Source: an uncultured Verrucomicrobiae bacterium (GTDB taxonomy: Bacteria > Verrucomicrobiota > Verrucomicrobiia > Chthoniobacterales > UBA10450). Taken from it: DNA of 64,000 nucleotides. Each line of letters starts with the position of its first letter. Within the stretch, counting starts at the first letter, position 1. Shown here one piece after another: positions 34,234 through 42,795 of the stretch. Position numbers and translations under genes: made by a program. The stretch covers positions 1,344,001-1,408,000 of the forward strand of contig CAWFGO010000001.1 of the NCBI GenBank assembly GCA_963815455.1. Reading direction: 5' to 3'. The notes under the pieces were generated by a model that was given only the letters and a program-made list of their open reading frames with translations, had not been told where the DNA came from and did no database searches.

Positions 34234-34434
34234 TCACGATTGGTTGCAGTAGGCACATTGGTTCGCATCAAGAGGGAGACGCGCGAGAACCAGACGCAGC
34301 TTGCGCTGCTCATATCCCGCAAGCGTTTGCGGCCCACTCTGCCATTGCGCCACTAGCTTGGCGGTTCGGCCTGGCTCGAGTCCTCGCGCGGAGCCTATCA
34401 TCCACGGAGTGCCCGGTTCAATTATTTTGTTCAT
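34234..34434 (-). CDS. Small hypothetical protein (66 aa, MNKIIEPG...CAYCNQS)
   Basis: GAAAGGAAG RBS; paralogous to the C-half of 35032..35262. Confidence 0.6.
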   Translation of the reverse strand: MNKIIEPGTPWMIGSARGLEPGRTAKLVAQWQSGPQTLAGYEQRKLRLVLARLPLDANQCAYCNQS

Positions 34435-34444
34435 GACTTCCTTT

Positions 34445-34726
34445 CTATTGCTGAAGAAACGATGACTCGCGGAAGGCTGTTTGTGAAAGACCATGTTTCT
34501 TGTCTCGGTATGCCTGGCAGGCATGGTGCGCCTGTGCGCTTTGGAACTGTGACGTGTGTCTCAGTAGCTCTTCGAACCGGGACTCGTACGCATCGCAGAG
34601 GGGAGAATCGCCATTCGGTTGGACCCAATCCGGATGCTGTGCGCGGAGCGCATCGTGCATCTCGCGCTGAAGCTCGGCGTAGGCCGGAACTTCAGTCGCG
34701 GCAGTTGAGCAATGGACCGTGTTCAT
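34445..34726 (-). CDS. Small hypothetical protein (93 aa, ELQREMHDALRAQHPDWVQPNGDSPLCDAYESRF)
   Basis: ATG 2 nt after the upstream stop; tight operon packing. Confidence 0.65.
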   Translation of the reverse strand: MNTVHCSTAATEVPAYAELQREMHDALRAQHPDWVQPNGDSPLCDAYESRFEELLRHTSQFQSAQAHHACQAYRDKKHGLSQTAFRESSFLQQ

Positions 34727-34728
34727 CT

Positions 34729-34938
34729 TTAACCCCAGACGTTCTCGCGCGGCGGAGGCGGATTGAAGATCTGATTCCAACCGCGATCAGAGTTGAAGAT
34801 CGACATGTTGAGGACCAGCATCGGGTCGCCGGACCGCCTGGCGGCGACAGCCCGTTCAACCGAGGCGAGGCGCCGCAACGAAACAGGCACATGAACAGGC
34901 TGAGCGATATTACGGTGACTGGAATTTAACGTTTTAAT
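34729..34938 (-). CDS. Small hypothetical protein (~69 aa) with non-canonical ATT/ATC start
   Basis: AAAGGAG RBS at 34948-34954 followed by ATC-ATT-AAA-ACG and an open frame ending ...FNPPPPRENVWG* 2 nt before the next ATG. Confidence 0.45.
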   Translation of the reverse strand: MKTLNSSHRNIAQPVHVPVSLRRLASVERAVAARRSGDPMLVLNMSIFNSDRGWNQIFNPPPPRENVWG

Positions 34939-35031
34939 GATGGTCGTCTCCTTTCGTTAGGCTCTCCGGCGTTGAAGCCGAACAGCCCGAGAACTAAAAT
35001 CCAAAAGATCGACGTCGTGATCATGTCCGTA

Positions 35032-35262
35032 TTACTGGTTAACTGTTAAAACTGCCGAGGCGGGAGAATGGGCGAACGTTAAATGCAGTTTCCACTGCGC
35101 TTGTCCCGACATCGTCTCAATCCCGCGCTGCCATTGGCCGATTAACTTCGCGCCCGCTGACAACTGACATGGGGCGGCCTGTTTGAGAACATCAGCAGCC
35201 ATCTCCCGATGGCTTGTCTTGGATGGATAAAAGTCTGTCGCATTCATATTATTCTCTGACAC
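35032..35262 (-). CDS. Small chimeric hypothetical protein
   Basis: N-half resembles 27967..28350 and C-half resembles 34234..34434; starts at motif copy 5. Confidence 0.55.
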   Translation of the reverse strand: MSENNMNATDFYPSKTSHREMAADVLKQAAPCQLSAGAKLIGQWQRGIETMSGQAQWKLHLTFAHSPASAVLTVNQ

Positions 35263-35295
35263 CTCTATCTTCCGAGTTTGCTGACAGACATTTCA
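35260..35295 (-). promoter_or_regulatory. Putative ECF promoter, copy 5
   Basis: TGAAAT-GTCTGTCAGCAAACT-CGGAAGATAGAG-GTG. Confidence 0.75.
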
Positions 35296-35389
35296 GGAAA
35301 TCTTGCGATTTTGCTGAGCGACAGACGGCTATCGCTATAGGTAGGTTTCATCTCGTACGGCGCTACTGTTTTGGTTTTAAGTGTGGTGT

Positions 35390-35608
35390 TCATGGCCATC
35401 TCATTTCATTTCGTTGCTGGATAAAGGACAGTTCGTTCGCCGGTAAGCTCTTTTGAAAGACTTCGTTTCTTCCCTTGGCAAACCTGGAGAGCATGCTTCG
35501 TCGAACCCTAACGATCGTGCTTCGCCTGTTGAAAACACCGCCGTCCGCGGCGTTGCAGCTTGGTTCGTAATGGTAGGTGCAGGTAGGATTCATACTATTT
35601 TGTAACAC
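35390..35608 (-). CDS. Small hypothetical protein (MNPTCTYHYEP...)
   Basis: Starts at motif copy 6 with the same GTG-N12-ATG layout as copies 3 and 5. Confidence 0.5.
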   Translation of the reverse strand: MLQNSMNPTCTYHYEPSCNAADGGVFNRRSTIVRVRRSMLSRFAKGRNEVFQKSLPANELSFIQQRNEMRWP

Positions 35609-35641
35609 CTCTATTTCCCGAGTTTGGCGAATGACATTTCA
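35606..35641 (-). promoter_or_regulatory. Putative ECF promoter, copy 6 (~125 bp downstream of the kinase stop)
   Basis: TGAAAT-GTCATTCGCCAAACT-CGGGAAATAGAG-GTG. Confidence 0.75.
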
Positions 35642-35765
35642 GGAAACGTGAATTTTTTTGCGCGCTCCCGTTTCGCGCAGTTACGCGCGCGCACGAGAGC
35701 TCCGTAACGAGCAGCGCGCGTAGCAGCAGCGCATCGGGTCCAGACTTGGAAGTCTGCGCTACGAC

Positions 35766-38564
35766 TTAGTAGCGAACCGGCGGCGGATTCTTCAGCAGTT
35801 CTTCAAACCTTGGGTCCTTGCGTAAAGGATCCCAGTAAGGTGAGTATCGAAGTTCGCCTGGGTGAATTCCGCCCGGCACTTCGAGCAGGTGCGGAAGCGC
35901 GTCAATCGCAGCATCGACTTCACCCAATTGTGCCAGAGCTTTTGCGCGAAAAGCTTCGGCGATTGGCTTGAGCAGAGCGTCGTTCTCGTACTCGGCAACA
36001 CCTAGCCTCGCCTGCCCGTGCGCATTTGCTTTGTCGCCGAGCCCGGCATACGCCGCGGCAAGCTCGAGCCTCGCTCCGAGAATCGGCGGAGCGGGGAGAA
36101 CACCCCCAGGCGCAACGTCCTGAATGACGCCCTCGAACGTGACACGCGCTTCCTCATTTCGGCCCGCCCAGAGCTGACAATATCCCTGAAGCACGAGGGC
36201 AAAGATGTCCTGGGTGTCGAGCGCTTGTCCAGGACCGGGAGAGGTTGTTGCCTTCTTAGCCCAGAAGATTGCTTCGTCGAAGTTACGTTCTAACAACGCC
36301 TGATCCACGCGATGTATAAGAACCGTTTTGTCGGTAGAATCCTTGGAGATACGGGCAAGCACTTTGGCGGCTTTATCTAACCGGCCTTCCTGTTGGTATT
36401 GCTCAGCCTTGAGTGCGATAACGAACTCATCCTTGGGCGAAATCTCCAGGGCGCGGTCATATGCAGCTTGTGCCTCTGCCGCTCGGCCTAACGGCCAAAA
36501 TATATCGTTGGCAACATTGGTCCAAAGCCGGGCATTGCGTGGGTCAAGCTCGATTGCCCGCGCCAGATGAGCTTCTGCTTTTCTCCAACGACCGAGGCGA
36601 CGCTCCGCGTAAGCCGTGTATTCGCTAACCAGCGCGCTATTGGGCAAACGTTTTTCAGCTTCGCGATAGGCTTCCAGCGCCGCCGCGGGATCGTCCAACA
36701 CTCGGTAGCGATACGTGCCTTGGGCCAGCCATGCTTCGCCCAGTTCTGGGGCCAGTGCGATCGCGCGATCTGCAGTCTCCTTAACTGCCGCCGCTGAATT
36801 CACGTTCGGATCGACGCCGTGGTAGTAGAGGAAACTCCGAACAACGCTGAGTCTGGCCCAGGCTAGGGCAAAATTCGGGTCGAGTTGGACGGCTTCCGCA
36901 TAAGTCTTGGCAGCGTCCTCAAAGGAGTTGCCACCGGGTTGACTTTGCTCGATACCAACGCCACGCAGATAAGCATTGTAAGAAGCCGTAATCGCCGTCG
37001 GACGTTGCGTGCTAATCCTTTGCACGAGCTTCGCATCCAGTTGCTGTGCGATCGAATTGGCTACGTCGGTTTCGACGGCAAAAACATCATCGAGCTTGCG
37101 GTCGTAACTGCTGGCCCAGAGGTGAGCGTTGGTGCGTGTGTCGATCAGCTGCACATTCACGCGGACCTTGTCGGCTGACCTTTGCAGCGATCCTTCTAAT
37201 ACTCTCCCGACGCTAAGTTGCCGACCGACGGTTCTTAGATCGACAGGTCTGCTCTGGTAGCTCTCCGTGGACGTGCGCGCGATGACCTTCAGGTCAGCCA
37301 GACCGGCGAGCTTGGTCAGAATTTCATCCTGAATACCGATCGCGAGAAATCGATCTTCTGCGTTGGAACTAAGATTTTCGAATGGAAGAACCGCGATTGC
37401 TCGATCCAGCCCGGAGGCCGATGCCCTACGTTGAAAGAGGAGATTGGCGAGAAAGAGGAAAGCGAGTGCAAGCGCGAGTCCTACTGAGACAAGAACGGCG
37501 CGTTTCCGCCGCCGGCGGGCAGCGGGCTCGAAACGGATATGACACCGGTGAATGCTTGTCAGCAACTCGCGCGCGGTTTGCGGTCGCTTTGCTGGATCGA
37601 CAGCTAACACTGACTTCAACAACGTCACGCATCCGAGCGGGATATGCACATTCTTCAGCTGCTTCAACGGAAGCGGCTCGGCTTGCTTTGCCCGAACTTC
37701 CTCGATCGAGCGGCCGGCGAAAGGCATTTGCCCGGTAAGGAGGTACCAAAAGGTCACGCCTAACGAGTAAACGTCAGAGCGTGTGTCGATCGGTTGCTGA
37801 CCCGATTCATCGAATTGCTCCGGACTAGCGAAGGCAGGAGTTCCGATGAAACCAGCTTGCGTTCGATAGGCCGTCTCGGTTTGTGCAGCGATCACTTTTG
37901 CGATGCCGTAATCGATTATCTTAACCAACAGCTGATCGCCTGCATGCGACTCGATCATCAAGTTCGATGGTTTTAGATCACGATGGATAACTCCACATTC
38001 CTCTCCGGCGGCCAGGCCGCGCGCCGTTTGTTCCACTACTTCAAGAGCGAGGCTCAAAGGAAGTGGCCCGTCGCGTTGCACTCGCCCTTCGAGCGTTTCA
38101 CCATGGACAAGCTCCATCGCATAAAAGCATTCCCCATCCTGCTCGCCGTAATACATGACTCGCGCAACATTTGGGTGATGAATCTGCGCGGCCGCCCGGG
38201 CTTCGCGCAGGAATCGGGCACGAGCAGCAGGATCTTCCGCCAACTTTCGACTGATGACTTTAAGAGCGACCGTTGAATTGAGAATGGTGTCGCGCGCGCG
38301 ATATGTAACCGCCATTGCCCCAGAGCCGAGTATGACCGGATAACCGTCAGGATTTACTTCGACCTCGAAATGAGCGTAGCGCAACGGACCGAGTCTGGCT
38401 TGATTGCCGTCGCTTGGCCGCTCGACTTCGTGATCCTCGGCCAGAAAGCCAAAGCTAACCAGGCAACGCACACATTCGCCATCAGGACCCGGGTGGGTGA
38501 TTGATCGTCCACAGCGCGCGCAAACTCCTGCGCCAATTCCTTGCTGAGGCGCTACGACATTCAT
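35766..38564 (-). CDS. Hanks-type Ser/Thr kinase: CxxC..CxxC, kinase, TM, TolB-like domain, TPRs
   Basis: GSGAMA, VALK, HRDLKPSN, IIDYG, GTPAFASPEQ; TM after RRRRKR; AIAVLPFENLS; repeated A..LDP/LAP TPR units. Confidence 0.93.
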   Translation of the reverse strand: MNVVAPQQGIGAGVCARCGRSITHPGPDGECVRCLVSFGFLAEDHEVERPSDGNQARLGPLRYAHFEVEVNPDGYPVILGSGAMAVTYRARDTILNSTVALKVISRKLAEDPAARARFLREARAAAQIHHPNVARVMYYGEQDGECFYAMELVHGETLEGRVQRDGPLPLSLALEVVEQTARGLAAGEECGVIHRDLKPSNLMIESHAGDQLLVKIIDYGIAKVIAAQTETAYRTQAGFIGTPAFASPEQFDESGQQPIDTRSDVYSLGVTFWYLLTGQMPFAGRSIEEVRAKQAEPLPLKQLKNVHIPLGCVTLLKSVLAVDPAKRPQTARELLTSIHRCHIRFEPAARRRRKRAVLVSVGLALALAFLFLANLLFQRRASASGLDRAIAVLPFENLSSNAEDRFLAIGIQDEILTKLAGLADLKVIARTSTESYQSRPVDLRTVGRQLSVGRVLEGSLQRSADKVRVNVQLIDTRTNAHLWASSYDRKLDDVFAVETDVANSIAQQLDAKLVQRISTQRPTAITASYNAYLRGVGIEQSQPGGNSFEDAAKTYAEAVQLDPNFALAWARLSVVRSFLYYHGVDPNVNSAAAVKETADRAIALAPELGEAWLAQGTYRYRVLDDPAAALEAYREAEKRLPNSALVSEYTAYAERRLGRWRKAEAHLARAIELDPRNARLWTNVANDIFWPLGRAAEAQAAYDRALEISPKDEFVIALKAEQYQQEGRLDKAAKVLARISKDSTDKTVLIHRVDQALLERNFDEAIFWAKKATTSPGPGQALDTQDIFALVLQGYCQLWAGRNEEARVTFEGVIQDVAPGGVLPAPPILGARLELAAAYAGLGDKANAHGQARLGVAEYENDALLKPIAEAFRAKALAQLGEVDAAIDALPHLLEVPGGIHPGELRYSPYWDPLRKDPRFEELLKNPPPVRY

Positions 38565-39322
38565 GCCGTGAGAATCCGGTAAACGTAATGCAGCTCGTCA
38601 TCGATGTCCTTCGGATCGGAAACCGTGCTCGCCACTTCGGCCCGCAAGGCATGCCGATAGGTTTGGCGCAATCGCGAAAGTGAGACTCGGAAATTCTCAA
38701 CCGACGTGCCGAGTCGTTTCGCCACTTCCTCCTGATTCGGCGCCGTCGCTGTTCCACCGGCCACGAACGGCCTTAGCTCATCGACCCACTCCCGTTTGCC
38801 CTCGGCGGCGAACCTGTCGCGCACGTTCTTCCACGCGCGTGTCACGACACTGGAAGCCCACGCCAGATCGTATGAGCTGACATCGCTCAAATGAGCAGTC
38901 GCGTTCATCGCAGCCTCGGCATCGATCAGTTGATCGTCAAACGACACAATCTGACGCCCGCCGCCTCGTTTCATCGCGCTCATGCGCTCACGCTGCTTGA
39001 GCAGGAAATTTTGCAACGAGCCGAGCAGAAAGGTGCGGAGCCGTCCCTTTTCGCGATCGGCGCGGCTCAATGTCTTCTGTTTGAGTAAATGCTCGAAGAA
39101 ACCCTGGACCAGGTCTTGCGCGTCGGCGGGGGAATAGCCGCGGCGCCGAATGAATGTGTAAAGCGGCGGCCAATACATTTCACTAAACACGGCGAGCGCT
39201 TTCCGCGCCGACTCATCAGCCTCGGCCCTGCCAGCCTGCAACACGACGGTCCAGTGCGTCGTCTGGAACGGCGCTCCACCTTCTTGCAGCGTGCCCGGGA
39301 TCGGTTTCGTAAAACTCCGCAA
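38561..39322 (-). CDS. ECF sigma-70 factor of the PVC kinase-associated type
   Basis: FQTTHWTVV, YWPPLY, DAQDLVQGFF, GRLRTFL, KRGGG, sigma4 EEVAKRLGTS...SRLR; ATGA overlap with the kinase. Confidence 0.88.
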   Translation of the reverse strand: MRSFTKPIPGTLQEGGAPFQTTHWTVVLQAGRAEADESARKALAVFSEMYWPPLYTFIRRRGYSPADAQDLVQGFFEHLLKQKTLSRADREKGRLRTFLLGSLQNFLLKQRERMSAMKRGGGRQIVSFDDQLIDAEAAMNATAHLSDVSSYDLAWASSVVTRAWKNVRDRFAAEGKREWVDELRPFVAGGTATAPNQEEVAKRLGTSVENFRVSLSRLRQTYRHALRAEVASTVSDPKDIDDELHYVYRILTA

Positions 39323-39580
39323 ACTATGAATAAACCGAGACGCTTTTGCGAGACAAAAGCAATCCGCTTGGCGCCTTCGGCTATTCCGGTTCAGGAGTTG
39401 GTCACCGTCTAAATGGATCTGCGGTCTAAACGTTGCTAATTTTCTTCGTCGATCTCAAGTTCGCTGCTGCGGCTTCTATCGCCATCAATTGCGGACTACT
39501 GGTGAATCCGCTCCAATGCGAGAGCGAAGAGCCGATCGCTGTTGCGTATGTGGCGTGACCGGTATTCGCGGATTTTATCT

Positions 39581-39613
39581 GGCAGTCTCTGTTTTGCGAC
39601 GGAGAAGACTGCC
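39581..39613. repeat. Stable intergenic hairpin (REP-like)
   Basis: GGCAGTCT...AGACTGCC outer stem with an inner stem using G:U pairs. Confidence 0.45.
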
Positions 39614-39879
39614 GTCTCAAGGCCATGCTCTCAAAATCCTTCGGCCGCGTCGCCCGAGATCGGAGCCAAGACTCAAAGCGGATCAATCCGCCGCCTCACC
39701 CGGCGTCAATCAGGGGCGCAGAGGTGCCCGCCTTGATGAATGGGCTTGCCTCTTCGAAGGGAATGCGGACAGTGCGCTACGGAATCCACACGTTGTGCCC
39801 GTTTTTGTCTGAGGGATACAAAAGGGGGATACAATGGCCGAAAAAAGTGAATGAGAATGGAAGGTTTTCCCTCGTAAAT

Positions 39880-39955
39880 GCCGGCATAGCTCAGTTGGTA
39901 GAGCAGCTGATTTGTAATCAGCAGGTCGTCGGTTCGAATCCGACTGCCGGCTCCA
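39880..39955 (+). tRNA. tRNA-Thr(TGT)
   Basis: 76 nt; acceptor GCCGGCA/TGCCGGC, anticodon arm GCTGA-TTTGTAA-TCAGC, GGTTCGAATC T-arm, encoded CCA. Confidence 0.97.
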
Positions 39956-40016
39956 TTACAAGCCCTTTTCCATCAGTGGATTGCTGAGCAAAAGCGCTCG
40001 GCATCAGCGAAAATCA

Positions 40017-41960
40017 CTACCGCACATTAAGGATTCTGACTGGTGCGTGTTTGTGGTTCTTGCCCACTTTGTAATCTGTTCCAGGGACCAGAGTCAGGTT
40101 GGCTTTCTCAGGCCTCTCATTTATGCTGTCGGTCAGCGCGTGCAGGGTCACAGTGGCGGAGGCCTCACCGGCTGGAATCGTGATCTGACCGGGAGTTCCA
40201 CTTAGGGTGTAATCGACTCCTAACTGGGCATTGCCATTCATGGAGTATTGCACGGTCGCTGCTGCATGGTTAACCGGCGAAGCAGAGAAAGTGAAGGTAG
40301 CATCCTGACCTTCGCTAATGCTACTGGGCGACACTTGCACTGCGACTACTGGGGTTGCGCTGGGCCCAGCTGTCGGGGTCGGTGTGGGGGTGGGGGTCGG
40401 TGTTGGTGTTGGCGTCGGCGCAATAACCGTGATGGTTGTGCAACTATGCTGATTATCCACATCCGCGCAGGCCGTGCCCGACGAGGTGCCGGTCGAAGTA
40501 AAGGTCGAGCCGTCAGCGCCCGCCGTGACCGTGCCACTGGTCGGGAACATTGTGCCATTCGTCGCGCTGTAGGCGACGGGAATGTTGGGCAGCAGGCCCG
40601 GAACCGCGTCTGAGTTTGTCGTCATGTCCACGTCGAAAATGGACGAGCCCAATGCAGGGATGGGATCAGGCGTGGCCGCAACCAGGAGAACCATCCACGG
40701 ATTGAAGTCCACTGTCCCGGTGGCGCTGTCGCAGCCGGCAAAGCCCGGTCCAGCGTTGCAACCCCACCAATTGTTCTCGGCATTGAGGCTGTCGATTCCG
40801 CCGTTATTCACGCCACTCGTGTTGCCTGCGATCCTGTTGAAATGGACGTTCACGTTGACGTTTGACATACCCGCCGCGACCGCGAATGCCGCCGTCGTGT
40901 TGCCGGTAATGGTCGAACGAGTGACGGTCAAGTTTGGCGAGCCCATGGCCGGCCCGATGTCCTGGATGGCAATGCCGACACCGCCGGCGCTGATGACGTT
41001 GCCCGCATTGATCGTGACAACCGGATCATTCGCGCCGGTGAACATCGCGAGCGCGACGCCCGTACTGCAATCCGTGATCGTGTTGCTGTTGAGAATTGCC
41101 TGCGTCCCCGGGTCATCCCATACGCTCATGCCGGCCGAGTCTGAACCGTCACTCGAAGCCACTCCTCTGTTCCCTGAGATCTGGTTGTTGGAAATTGTGA
41201 AATTCCCGCCGTACTCAATATCAAAGGCGTAGTCCAGCCAGTTACCGGCGCCTTTGCCGGTGTAGGTATTGCCGCTCAAGGTGCCGGTGCCGGTGTCATC
41301 AACCAAAACACCGTACCGTCCCATGTTGTCGAAGGTGGAATTCGTTACGTCCACAACGCCTGAGCCGATCCTGACGCCACCGCCGCTGTAGGCGGGGCCG
41401 CTCGCTTCGTATTGGATATGGGTAAACTTGACGGAGTTGACGCTGCCGCTGCCGTTGTACCGCACCGCCTGGTAGGTCTTACGGCCGGTCCCATCCAGCA
41501 TTACATCACTTAAGTTAAAGATCACGCCGGGTTGGACCACGAACCAACCTTTGGCGTCGCCGACTGTACCCGTATCCTGGGCAGGCTGTATGATCGTGGT
41601 GACGTTATTCGCACCGATGATGCTGAGATTCTTATTTATCACGATCTGGCCAATTTCCAGGTACGTTCCTGCCGCTACCTGAACCGTTCCCTCAGCTGCG
41701 ACGCCATTTATGCCCTCCTGAACAGTGGCGAACGAGTCGCAGCCGAATTGTGTGGCTGGCCCCGAGCCGTCGGGATCTGTGCCAATTGGGGTTCCGGCCC
41801 ACATATAGTTAACGTAGACTGTGCTGGGCGCCGCCGTGCATACCGCTAGAGGCGTCGACGCGAACGGCCCGCGTGCCATTGTTGTGATTCCGCCGACGGT
41901 GAAAACCGTGGCAAAGAGAGCCACGAGACTTCGAATTGGTGTTTTATGAATATTCTTCAT
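40017..41960 (-). CDS. Secreted right-handed beta-helix protein with Ig-like region, Pro-Thr linker and C-terminal Calx-beta-like domain
   Basis: Signal-like N-terminus, TVQEGIN..GTVQVAAGTY, Asn/Gly/Thr-rich repeats, NAENNWWG, (PT)n, G.DYTLSG...ITIPAG. Confidence 0.8.
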   Translation of the reverse strand: MKNIHKTPIRSLVALFATVFTVGGITTMARGPFASTPLAVCTAAPSTVYVNYMWAGTPIGTDPDGSGPATQFGCDSFATVQEGINGVAAEGTVQVAAGTYLEIGQIVINKNLSIIGANNVTTIIQPAQDTGTVGDAKGWFVVQPGVIFNLSDVMLDGTGRKTYQAVRYNGSGSVNSVKFTHIQYEASGPAYSGGGVRIGSGVVDVTNSTFDNMGRYGVLVDDTGTGTLSGNTYTGKGAGNWLDYAFDIEYGGNFTISNNQISGNRGVASSDGSDSAGMSVWDDPGTQAILNSNTITDCSTGVALAMFTGANDPVVTINAGNVISAGGVGIAIQDIGPAMGSPNLTVTRSTITGNTTAAFAVAAGMSNVNVNVHFNRIAGNTSGVNNGGIDSLNAENNWWGCNAGPGFAGCDSATGTVDFNPWMVLLVAATPDPIPALGSSIFDVDMTTNSDAVPGLLPNIPVAYSATNGTMFPTSGTVTAGADGSTFTSTGTSSGTACADVDNQHSCTTITVIAPTPTPTPTPTPTPTPTAGPSATPVVAVQVSPSSISEGQDATFTFSASPVNHAAATVQYSMNGNAQLGVDYTLSGTPGQITIPAGEASATVTLHALTDSINERPEKANLTLVPGTDYKVGKNHKHAPVRILNVR

Positions 41961-42199
41961 TTTCTTTATTCTTGTAGCTATTGAGGAGCGGCATTGATGC
42001 TCGACGGGCACCGGAGAATGCGCATTTTCGTTTGTGGAAAGTACGAGAGACTCGGGCGATCAGACGCCCGCAATCTCAGATCGCGCCAATTCGCTCCATG
42101 CGGTACCGCCCAGGTCGAGAGTACGAAATGAGCTACGGCGACCGGCTCGGGTCGCAAGTCACGCTACTGCAGACGTCGCCAGAGATCGGTGGTTAAAGA

Positions 42200-42601
42200 T
42201 CAAGAGCAAGGACCAACCTGCGCGAGAATTGTGCGCAGCTGGTGGAAGTCCACCGGCTTGGTGAGATGGAAATCGAAGCCAGCTTCCTTGCTTCGGCTGA
42301 TGTCCTCCTTCTTGTCCAATCCAGTAAGAGCTATGCCTTTGACCGGCTGTTTTCGTTTGGCCTGAGTGATCACCTCGTAGCCGTTTCCATCTGGCAAGTT
42401 AATGTCGCTCAAGACGACATCGAATTCCTTCGACTCGACAATCTCCAGCGCGCGGTGCGCGCCATCGGCCAATGAAATCTCGTGACCAAAATGATGGAGC
42501 AGGTGGCCCATTACTCGCAACGTGTCGGCGTGATCTTCGACCACCAAAATTCGCAAGCTCCTGCTCAGCGGAGGCAAAACTTCTGTTGGATCGTCGCTCA
42601 T
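42200..42601 (-). CDS. Single-domain response regulator
   Basis: ILVVEDH, LSDINLPDGNG, ALTG, HLTKPV. Confidence 0.88.
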   Translation of the reverse strand: MSDDPTEVLPPLSRSLRILVVEDHADTLRVMGHLLHHFGHEISLADGAHRALEIVESKEFDVVLSDINLPDGNGYEVITQAKRKQPVKGIALTGLDKKEDISRSKEAGFDFHLTKPVDFHQLRTILAQVGPCS

Positions 42602-42795
42602 TTTTTCAGAGCAAACACCGGAATGCGGCCCTGATCTAACGTGGTTGTTCCGTGAATCGGCAGAGGATTTGGTGGCCGGATAAATTGCCAAATCGAAATG
42701 ACCGCGCTCAAAGTAAGGAGCGCGCAAAGCACGGTTTCCATGATGCTTCGACCATTGTCTTTCGAACGAACCAAAAGCATATAGGTGGAGCGCAT
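42598..42795 (-). CDS. Small single-TM hypothetical protein
   Basis: MRSTYMLLVRS...TVLCALLTLSAVISIWQF; ATGA overlap with the receiver gene. Confidence 0.5.
   Translation of the reverse strand: MRSTYMLLVRSKDNGRSIMETVLCALLTLSAVISIWQFIRPPNPLPIHGTTTLDQGRIPVFALKK

Noticed and set aside
24311..35641. Six ~36-bp similar sequences as a CRISPR array or MITE family
   Set aside because: They are dispersed over 11 kb at irregular distances, with variable middles, no terminal inverted repeats or target duplications, and no cas genes
28888..39359. 14-mer TTGCGAGACAAAAG at 28888 and 39346
   Set aside because: Only two copies; a few 14-bp matches are expected by chance in 64 kb
39813..39990. tRNA-Thr as an integration site, with the GGGATACAA direct repeat (39813, 39826) as arm sites
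   Set aside because: No integrase and no second copy of either tRNA end seen in the window; the repeat overlaps a plausible TACAAT -10 element
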